Shown piece after piece: positions 9,260 through 16,351 of a stretch of DNA of 54,578 nt. How positions within the stretch are numbered: the first letter of the stretch is position 1; each line of letters opens with the position of its first letter. Origin of the DNA: a virus (Duplodnaviria > Caudoviricetes). The notes beneath the pieces are model-generated. The model was given only the letters and a program-made list of their open reading frames with translations. It made no database searches and was not told where the DNA came from. Location of the stretch: IMG/VR virus record IMGVR_UViG_3300025154_000124, positions 1 to 54,578 of that record, one strand, 5' to 3'. The translations under genes and the position numbers were made by a program.

Positions 9260-9514
9260 GTGCTAATGACGGAGCAAGGGCTAATGTCTGATATTCGCGA
9301 GCGCCTAGCAAGGCTTGAGACAAAAATTGATAACTTAAATGACCTGAGCAAAAAGGTGGATGAGACAGCTAACAAGGTGGCTGAAATCGAAGCTCGGTCG
9401 AAGTCTAACACCCACCGCATTGATGCAATTGAAAAGAACCTAAACTGGCTCTGGCGTACAATCGTCGGGGCCGTTATTGTTGCCGGCATTGGGGCGCTGG
9501 CTATTTTTAAGTAG
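9260..9514 (+). CDS. XhlA-like hemolysin/holin-associated protein
   Basis: Coiled coil, SNTHRIDAIEKNLNWLWR, single C-terminal TM; directly before the endolysin. Confidence 0.8.
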   Translation: MLMTEQGLMSDIRERLARLETKIDNLNDLSKKVDETANKVAEIEARSKSNTHRIDAIEKNLNWLWRTIVGAVIVAGIGALAIFK

Positions 9515-9526
9515 GGAGGGATTATC

Positions 9527-10342
9527 TTGCGAGCAGTCATCAACTACGGTCACGGTCCCAAGAACGTCGGCAAAGATCCGGGAGCCATTGGGCCAACCGG
9601 ATATCAAGAGGCCACTCAAAACAAAGAGGTAGGCGATTTGGTTGTCGTTAAACTTAAGTCAAACGGTTGGAACATCCTAGCGGTCCAAGACGGTGATCTG
9701 GACGATGTCACCGACCAAGCAAACGACTTTAAGCCGGATGCTTTCCTTTCGATCCACGCTAACTCCTTTACAAGTCCAAGCGCAAACGGGATTGAAACAA
9801 TAGCGCTGGCGCCTGGTGGAATGGGGGAAAAGATAGCCCGAGAGATCCAGCGGGAGTTGGTAGCGGACACAGGGCTCACAGACCGGGGGGTAAAGTTTGC
9901 TAACTTGCACGTACTCAGGGAGACGAAGGGTTATCCTGCGGTACTGGTGGAGGTTGGGTTTATCTCTAACCCTACGGAAGAGGCGCTGATGAAGCAGGGT
10001 GAGTGGGATGAGCTTGTAGCGTCGGCTATTTGCCGTGGTTTCAGTAGGGCGCACGGAGAGCCCTATATAGAGTGGAAGAAGGGAGTGATAGACGTGTCCT
10101 TGGATGTAGCAGTTTTGCTGAACACCAAGGAAGACTACTGGGCCGGTGCTGATGCAGCGGAGAAGAACGGTAATTGCGCGGTGTTTGTGCGGGGCGTAGA
10201 TAAGTCGGTGCCCAAGGATGCGATGAGTGCTAAGAAGTTGATTGTGGTGGGTGGACCGACTACGGGACATGCGGGAGAGGTGTTACTGAGTGGACGAACT
10301 AAGTTCGACACGGCTGCAGAGGTTGGGAAATATCTAGGGTAG
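9527..10342 (+). CDS. Endolysin, N-acetylmuramoyl-L-alanine amidase (Amidase_3) with C-terminal wall-binding region
   Basis: GHG..DPGA, SIHANS, LHVLRET and AVLVEVGFISN motifs; CWB2-like IVVGG...LSGRTKFDTA at the C-terminus. Confidence 0.93.
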   Translation: MRAVINYGHGPKNVGKDPGAIGPTGYQEATQNKEVGDLVVVKLKSNGWNILAVQDGDLDDVTDQANDFKPDAFLSIHANSFTSPSANGIETIALAPGGMGEKIAREIQRELVADTGLTDRGVKFANLHVLRETKGYPAVLVEVGFISNPTEEALMKQGEWDELVASAICRGFSRAHGEPYIEWKKGVIDVSLDVAVLLNTKEDYWAGADAAEKNGNCAVFVRGVDKSVPKDAMSAKKLIVVGGPTTGHAGEVLLSGRTKFDTAAEVGKYLG

Positions 10343-10354
10343 GAGGTTGTCAAA

Positions 10355-10627
10355 ATGCCTAAAGTTGAAATACTCAACAGACCTGATGGGCAATTCGGAG
10401 CATACGCAGTATATTGTTCGGGCTGTAAAACTCATCACGCTTTCGATGAAAGATGGACATTTAATGGAGATTTTGAAAAGCCAACATTTACCCCCTCGAT
10501 GCTAGTTAATCAACATCGTCCCGAAAGTAGATGCCATAGTTTTGTAACAGATGGAAAGATACAATTTCTCAGTGATTCATACCATGAGCTCGCAGGTCAG
10601 ACGGTTGATTTGCCTGAGGTAGATTAA
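10355..10627 (+). CDS. DUF6527-like small Cys/His protein
   Basis: CxxC..H, WTFNGD..PTFTPS and CHSFVTDG.I.FLSD..H.LAGQTV pattern, recognised from memory. Confidence 0.65.
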   Translation: MPKVEILNRPDGQFGAYAVYCSGCKTHHAFDERWTFNGDFEKPTFTPSMLVNQHRPESRCHSFVTDGKIQFLSDSYHELAGQTVDLPEVD

Positions 10628-10656
10628 ATTCGCAAGCGCTTTCCAAAACGAAAGGA

Positions 10657-11376
10657 ATGATCTCAATGATTTTAAATATGAAGGAAGCCGTTAAAACGCT
10701 TTTTAACAGAAAACAAGTTATTATCCTTACTGAACACGATGAGAAACTTGGTGGTAAATTAATATGCAAGCAGGGAGGAAAATTCGCGGTTAAGAAACTT
10801 GACGGAAAAGAAATCCCTATCTGGTTGAGTAGTATGCGTTTTATTGGGCTGGATGGCTTTGAAGTAATAGAGTGCAAGGGGGCCGATGGAAGCTCAAGTA
10901 TTTTGCTGGAAAACGGCATACCGGATGAAGTGAGAACTGGATTTAAACACTTAGATAATCCGGATAGTTCAGAAATACTACGATTATCCAACATACTCAT
11001 AGAGCAGCATAACCAGTTAATAGCGTTATACAAGACAGAATTATCAAGGACAAAGAAGGCAAGTAAAATAAGTGATAGGCTATTATGGGATATAGACAAA
11101 GCACAAGGTAATTTAATGGACTTAAGTAAAGAGCTTACAAGCTGGGAAATGCAATATAAAAAGCAAAAGAATAAAGAAAATGGCAATATATGTTTTAGGG
11201 TTGGAGATCCTTTTGATTTTGAAAATATTGTTGCAGCAGAAGTTTTCAATAAGGGTAGGAGCGGCCTAAGTAGATTATTTAGGCGTGATCAATTTGAGGA
11301 ATTTGCAATTATACAACAAAAAAATGGTGCCATTGGAATCTTTAGCGATTTCTGGACAGTTTATGCTGTAGGGTAA
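10657..11376 (+). CDS. Hypothetical protein with central coiled coil
   Basis: 239-aa ORF, AT-rich, AAAGGA RBS. Confidence 0.65.
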   Translation: MISMILNMKEAVKTLFNRKQVIILTEHDEKLGGKLICKQGGKFAVKKLDGKEIPIWLSSMRFIGLDGFEVIECKGADGSSSILLENGIPDEVRTGFKHLDNPDSSEILRLSNILIEQHNQLIALYKTELSRTKKASKISDRLLWDIDKAQGNLMDLSKELTSWEMQYKKQKNKENGNICFRVGDPFDFENIVAAEVFNKGRSGLSRLFRRDQFEEFAIIQQKNGAIGIFSDFWTVYAVG

Positions 11377-11645
11377 TGGGCCGAGCAGGCTGTTTACCTG
11401 CTTTTGGTTTTGCCAAAATGAAAGGGGAGGGAATGGGTTGAATATTATACTCGCCCTATTGATGATCGTGGCTGGATTACTTATTTTGGGCGCGTCGAGC
11501 CAACCGCATATGCGGAGTCCTGAACACTCTAAAATTAGGCACCCTATGAAAATATTAAACGGGTAAACCTTAATAAGGATGCAGCAACCAACTCGTTACT
11601 AAATAGTTAATATAATTTATTTAACAAGGGAGGAGTTTAACCCCA

Positions 11646-12110
11646 ATGCCAACGACATCGCCTGGTAAATTCTTTGTATATATAGGAGAGACTCATAAGG
11701 GCGCTGAAATGATGGGAGTTTTCCGGAGCAAAAAAGGGGCTATGGATAAGGCGAGCGAAGGGATGGGCGCTACCATCCTCGACAGGGATGCCATGAAATT
11801 TTATGACCATAAAGGCAGGAGGAAAACAAGGAGCTCCCCCTTGGATAGTTGCATTAAGTGGTCAGTGGCTAATAACTCGTACACGAAGGGTGCTGAAATG
11901 ATCGGCATGGACAATCCTGATTGCATACCTAAGTGGAAAAAGACACTAGCGGAGATGGAGGAAGACTTTAGGATGTCTGATGATATCTTTGCTTCGAGAG
12001 ATAAAATGGAGCACAGGAGAGCTGTAGAGAATGCACTTAGAATAGGCAAACCAGTTCCCTCGGAAGTGCTCGACAATTACCCAGAGCTTAATCATTTAGG
12101 TAAAAATTAA
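11646..12110 (+). CDS. Hypothetical protein (possibly two nested starts)
   Basis: GGAGGAG RBS; internal repeated RBS/ATG; C-terminal H..AV..AL..GKPVP.EVL..YPEL motif. Confidence 0.55.
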   Translation: MPTTSPGKFFVYIGETHKGAEMMGVFRSKKGAMDKASEGMGATILDRDAMKFYDHKGRRKTRSSPLDSCIKWSVANNSYTKGAEMIGMDNPDCIPKWKKTLAEMEEDFRMSDDIFASRDKMEHRRAVENALRIGKPVPSEVLDNYPELNHLGKN

Positions 12111-12116
12111 AAGGAG

Positions 12117-12548
12117 ATGACTTGCATGCCGTCAGATTTATTCACAACGACATACCTCGGGAGTTATGCCGGGCTCGTGGCCGTGACATATCTCCTAGTC
12201 CAATTCTTTAAGGAGCCGGTCAAGAAATATCTTACCGACTGGTGGATCCGGCTCTTAGCCGTGGGATTCGCTCTGTCGATTCAACTTTTTACGCTGTACG
12301 TAGCGCAGAACTTCACGGCTGAAGCGATTGGGTTAGCCGTGCTGAATTCGTTTTTGGTTGCCATTACTGCAGCTGGGACGCACAATATAAGTCAACCTAG
12401 TTCGACGCAACCTATACCTGTTACCCTCAATACATTTGAGCCCATTATAAATAAAGCACAAGTGACTGACGTTAGCCCTCCTATTATTACACCTCAGCCT
12501 AGTACATCCACGGATAACGACCAAGTCTCTCCTATTGCGCAAGGTTAA
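12117..12548 (+). CDS. Putative holin with Pro/Thr-rich tail
   Basis: Three hydrophobic segments, AAAGGAG RBS, last gene of the lysis cluster before a terminator. Confidence 0.7.
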   Translation: MTCMPSDLFTTTYLGSYAGLVAVTYLLVQFFKEPVKKYLTDWWIRLLAVGFALSIQLFTLYVAQNFTAEAIGLAVLNSFLVAITAAGTHNISQPSSTQPIPVTLNTFEPIINKAQVTDVSPPIITPQPSTSTDNDQVSPIAQG

Positions 12549-12554
12549 CATAAC

Positions 12555-12591
12555 AAAAGCCCTTCTGCCTTAATTGGTGGGAGGCTTTTTT
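12555..12591 (+). terminator. Intrinsic terminator ending late operon
   Basis: AAAAGCCC...GAGGCTTTTTT hairpin with T-tract. Confidence 0.7.
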
Positions 12592-12690
12592 GCGTTTCTA
12601 CAGAAAAATGTCCAGAACAGGTGAGATAATGAATTACAAAATGGATGTAGACGATTTGATCATTAGTGTAATTGCTGGAACTAATTAAGC

Positions 12691-12718
12691 TTGACAAAAG
12701 GGGGGACATTGATAAAAT
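12691..12718 (+). promoter_or_regulatory. SigA-type promoter for the kinase-HIRAN pair
   Basis: TTGACA-16 nt-TAAAAT with extended -10 TG. Confidence 0.7.
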
Positions 12719-12758
12719 TAACTATTACGTTAATAGTTAATTAATAGGCGGAGTAATC

Positions 12759-13613
12759 ATGTATGAAATCATTGATGCCTCTTCATGGGAAAGAGATGAG
12801 TACAAAGGTAAAGGGTCAAAAGAGAAGATAATGCTGGTAGAGCCTGAAACTAGAAGATTGGTAATGTTTAAATACGCTACTGAGGGATCGGGAGATACTT
12901 GGTCAGAAAAAATTGCTTCAGAGATTGGAAAATGTATTGGGTATAATGTGCAAGAAGTTAAACTCGGCGTATTTAACGGTATCCATGGTTCGCTTTCATA
13001 TTGGTTTCTAGAACGTGGAGATCCTCTTTATGAGGGTGCTGATCTAGTGGAAAACGACGAGTTTGACGTACGTAGTAGACCTAATTTGCAGTTCATAAAA
13101 CAACTTTTAGACTGCGACAATGAAGGATTATTCCCCAAATTCATGGAAATTGTTATTTTTGATATTTTGATTGGCAATACTGATAGACACATGGAAAATT
13201 GGGGTATTATCAAAGATGAAAATGGTTTATCCTCATTAGCTCCAGCGTATGATAATAGTTCTAGTCTTGGTCGAGAATTCAATTCAAACCCAGTGAAACT
13301 AGGCATAAGACTTAAAAATTCTAGAGTCTTTGAACAGTATTGCAAAAAGGGAATTTACTTTTACGGGTGGCTTGGTGAAGAAAAGATTCCGCATTTAAAA
13401 TACTCAGAAATCATATATAGTAATTATTCGGATATTATATATCCTCACGTAATTAAGCTTAATAAGCTCACCGATCAACTTATTAATGACATTATCCGAA
13501 GAATACCTCACAATATTATGACGACAGATCTGAAGGATTTCGTTGTAAGGTTTCTTATTTATAGAAGGAATTATTTGTTGAACTTAATAAAGGGGGATAA
13601 TGATGAATGCTAA
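12759..13613 (+). CDS. HipA-like Ser/Thr kinase (lacking N-subdomain)
   Basis: GSKEK, MFK, WSEKIA, catalytic GNTDRHMENWG and LAPAYDNSSSL motifs. Confidence 0.88.
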   Translation: MYEIIDASSWERDEYKGKGSKEKIMLVEPETRRLVMFKYATEGSGDTWSEKIASEIGKCIGYNVQEVKLGVFNGIHGSLSYWFLERGDPLYEGADLVENDEFDVRSRPNLQFIKQLLDCDNEGLFPKFMEIVIFDILIGNTDRHMENWGIIKDENGLSSLAPAYDNSSSLGREFNSNPVKLGIRLKNSRVFEQYCKKGIYFYGWLGEEKIPHLKYSEIIYSNYSDIIYPHVIKLNKLTDQLINDIIRRIPHNIMTTDLKDFVVRFLIYRRNYLLNLIKGDNDEC

Positions 13614-14340
13614 AAAACAAAATGAACTTTGGTTGGCATGGAAAGACACTAATTCTCGCGAAAGATTTGTAGTTGGCCTCCTGCAGTATGGTTTAGAAGG
13701 GTATCGTTTTAAATATATTGAAAATGAAGGAACGAATAATCTTAGCGAGGCTCTGGAGCGAGGATTTAAGTTGTTACCAGCTTTTCCGGATAAGGCACAA
13801 GAATATCACCAGAAGGAATTATTCCAAGTTTTTCTTAATAGGCTACCGAGTAGAAAAAGAAAAGATACGCAGCTCTTTCTAGAAAAGAAGGGTCTTTCTT
13901 TAGATTGTAGCGATTATGAACTCTTAAAGAAAACAGGAGGAAAATTACCTACTGATTCATTAGAATTTGTTGAACCATTTACTTTCAAAAGTGGTGAAAC
14001 ATTTAATATTGAATTTTTCATTGCGGGTCTTAGGTATTATGAAATTGATAAGATTCCAAGCCAAGAATTGTTGCCTAACACTAAGTTATTATTGAAATTG
14101 GAGCCGGATAACCCATTTGACTCGCATGCTATTAAAGTGCTTACTTTAGATGCTAAGAAATTGGGACACGTTCCGGTATTTTATAGTAGGTATATTGATT
14201 TGGCTGTTAAAACGGGAGATATCACTTCAGTTATAATTTCTTTCGATCCGGAGTCAGATTACGGTGAGAAATTACTCATCAAGGTTAGCGGAAATTCTGA
14301 TTTAGCGCGGGTTATTGAGAATCTAGATTCGACGCCTTAA
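13600..14340 (+). CDS. HipS-like N-terminal domain + HIRAN domain protein
   Basis: VGLL...YRFKY...LPAFP...LFQVFLNRLP (HipA N-subdomain/HipS-like); IAGLRYY..LEPDNPFDSHAIKV..LGHVP (HIRAN); overlaps the kinase stop. Confidence 0.85.
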   Translation: MMNAKKQNELWLAWKDTNSRERFVVGLLQYGLEGYRFKYIENEGTNNLSEALERGFKLLPAFPDKAQEYHQKELFQVFLNRLPSRKRKDTQLFLEKKGLSLDCSDYELLKKTGGKLPTDSLEFVEPFTFKSGETFNIEFFIAGLRYYEIDKIPSQELLPNTKLLLKLEPDNPFDSHAIKVLTLDAKKLGHVPVFYSRYIDLAVKTGDITSVIISFDPESDYGEKLLIKVSGNSDLARVIENLDSTP

Positions 14341-14390
14341 TCCCACTGAAAGCGTAGGGGTATCGGTCGAAGAGTTGGTTAGAATATGCC

Positions 14391-14428
14391 AAGGTCCTTA
14401 CTAGTGTAGTAGGGGCCTTTTTATTTTT
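14391..14428 (+). terminator. Intrinsic terminator after kinase-HIRAN pair
   Basis: AAGGTCCTTACTA-GTG-TAGTAGGGGCCTT followed by a T-rich tract. Confidence 0.7.
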
Positions 14429-14496
14429 GGGGACAGGTTTCCCCATACTTCGCGCGAGAGTTGTGAGATGATTAGGTTCCAAGGTAGGTGTAATTA

Positions 14497-14829
14497 ATGA
14501 TAACTGTACAAACAAGGAATTATATAAGCGCCGTAAATAACAAAGGCTATACTCGAAGCACGTTTAATAACTATGTTGAACAATGTGATGGTATTGATAA
14601 GCTAAAAAAGAAAGACCTTGATGAGATAATTCGTCAGCTTCCGTCAGATTATACTATTAACGATGTTGTATTTATGGATATCTATAGATTGGTTTCAGCG
14701 AACGAGACTGGAAGAATTATAAACAGATGGACATGGATAGCAGGAAGCGCATCAGTTTTGAGCTTAGTTGTATCGGTTATTAGTCTATGTATATCAATTA
14801 TTACTCTAGCTAGGAGTACGCCACCATGA
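14497..14829 (+). CDS. Hypothetical protein with C-terminal TM helix
   Basis: 110-aa ORF, AAGGTAGGT RBS, hydrophobic C-terminus. Confidence 0.65.
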   Translation: MITVQTRNYISAVNNKGYTRSTFNNYVEQCDGIDKLKKKDLDEIIRQLPSDYTINDVVFMDIYRLVSANETGRIINRWTWIAGSASVLSLVVSVISLCISIITLARSTPP

Positions 14830-15073
14830 AAATCCTCTCAACCCCCATCGAGGTCCTAGCCACTTCGAAATCGACGGCACACCCCACGCACTCCGCTTAA
14901 AGCTCAACAGTGAAACAATCAAGATCGAGCAGGTCCTCTCCGTATCGGAAGAGAAGCTAGCCGGCAATCGAATGCTGTGCTTCCGATGCCAGAGGGAGAT
15001 CGATGGAGAGCTTAAGCCGTTTGAGATCAAATTCGAGCTGGGTACCTGCAAGTGGTATCTGTATAAGATGTAG
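14826..15073 (+). pseudogene. Frameshifted small conserved clostridial protein (82 aa if one base is restored)
   Basis: MKILSTPIEVLA continues in another frame as HFEIDGTP...EEKLAGNRMLCFRCQ...ELGTCKWYLYKM*. Span is 248 nt, one short of a multiple of 3. Confidence 0.7.
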
Positions 15074-15120
15074 GAACTTGGGCAGTATATCAGTCAATGT
15101 CTTTTTTCTTCTCTTTCTTC

Positions 15121-15156
15121 GCCCTCATCGTTGCTCCAGCGATGGGGGCTTTTTTA
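15121..15156 (+). terminator. Intrinsic terminator at convergent junction
   Basis: GCCCTCATCG...CGATGGGGGC followed by TTTTTT; an oppositely oriented A-tract hairpin follows. Confidence 0.65.
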
Positions 15157-15214
15157 TGCATAAAAAAGCCCCCGACTTTCGCCAGGGACCATTGAAAATA
15201 AAAATATAGCCGTA

Positions 15215-15532
15215 TCATTTAAATAATACTACAACAATCCAATAAACGTGCAGCATCGTAACGAAAGTATAAGTAATTAAAGCTAATCCAAGACCATTGA
15301 TAACTAATCTACGTGATCTATTTCTAGAATTCCAGGATAAAACACCAAGGGCGATGGGTAGAAATACCTTCATTAATAAGAGGAGATTAGGGGTCCCCAA
15401 GAGAGGCAACATTATGGGGTTCGCCTCATTAATAGCACTAATCCTTAATCCCCAAAAGGTTAGAATGTAATCTGTTATGCAAAGAATTACAACAACTATT
15501 GATGCCAAAAGTATTTTACTATCGTAGGTCAC
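15215..15532 (-). CDS. DUF5658-like small membrane protein
   Basis: D..LT..GL....EANPIM motif plus three TM segments; AGGGAGG RBS. Confidence 0.7.
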   Translation of the reverse strand: MTYDSKILLASIVVVILCITDYILTFWGLRISAINEANPIMLPLLGTPNLLLLMKVFLPIALGVLSWNSRNRSRRLVINGLGLALITYTFVTMLHVYWIVVVLFK

Positions 15533-15564
15533 GCAAAAACCTCCCTAAGGCTATTTGCCCAAAG

Positions 15565-15590
15565 AAAAAAGGCGTCCATATAACGCCTTT
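15565..15590 (-). terminator. Probable terminator after pilin gene
   Basis: AAAAGGCGT-CCATATA-ACGCCTTTT inverted repeat with A/T tracts. Confidence 0.6.
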
Positions 15591-15605
15591 ATATTAATTA
15601 TCGGC

Positions 15606-16127
15606 TTATGGGGTAACTGTAATTGTTTTATCGGTCATAACATTTCCTAGGCTGTCGTGTGCAAAAATTTTTACAGACGTTATCTTACTAGATGTCTCTA
15701 CGGGGGCCACAACAATAAGGCCTTGCAACGTGGAACCTGTAGCGGTGTCTGTGCCGGTTACCGTGTTTAATACGGATAGGGCACCGGCAGCTGGAGCGGC
15801 TGCAATAGCCGGTATAGTAGTTAAGCCTGTAAATGGATTTTTTATTGCATTAGTAGAATCGTTAGTCGCGATGCCAGTAAACTGATTAAAAATATCGGTT
15901 CCAACGGCACTACCGGTTAGTTCGGCGCTAACCCAGCTTGATATTCTGCTCCGGACATATCCCTCAACCATTCTTTGGTTTGAGTCAATCCCCACAGACT
16001 TAGCTGTAGTTTTGATAATCCCAACCTTCGGCACAATCACGATTGCCAGGATGCCGATAACCGCAATAACGATCATGAGCTCAATAAGAGTGAATCCACT
16101 GTCCCTTTTTCGTTTCATTTCATCCAT
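15606..16127 (-). CDS. Type IV pilin / prepilin-type N-terminal cleavage-methylation protein
   Basis: Class III signal KRKRDSG|FTLIELMIVIAVIGILAIVIVP with Glu at +5. Confidence 0.93.
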   Translation of the reverse strand: MDEMKRKRDSGFTLIELMIVIAVIGILAIVIVPKVGIIKTTAKSVGIDSNQRMVEGYVRSRISSWVSAELTGSAVGTDIFNQFTGIATNDSTNAIKNPFTGLTTIPAIAAAPAAGALSVLNTVTGTDTATGSTLQGLIVVAPVETSSKITSVKIFAHDSLGNVMTDKTITVTP

Positions 16128-16351
16128 CCCCTTCTATGTGTATTTTACACCTGGACAAGTAACCTGCAAGACCCTTAACCAATAGCTCCTTTTTGGCATT
16201 TTTAAGGTCTTTGGTCCTATTGACTTACGTCTATTACCTTACATTGTACTCAACGCAGAGTGTTCTAGTCAATTAATTTTTTGAACTAATACAATGTTTT
16301 TGCATAGCGTAACCACTGTTTTAATGCTCACGATTCTTAATTGTTTTGCGA

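Noticed and set aside
16140-16260. c-di-GMP riboswitch upstream of the pilin
   Set aside because: A stem (AAGACCTTAA/TTAAGGGTCTT) exists, but the conserved riboswitch motifs were not found.
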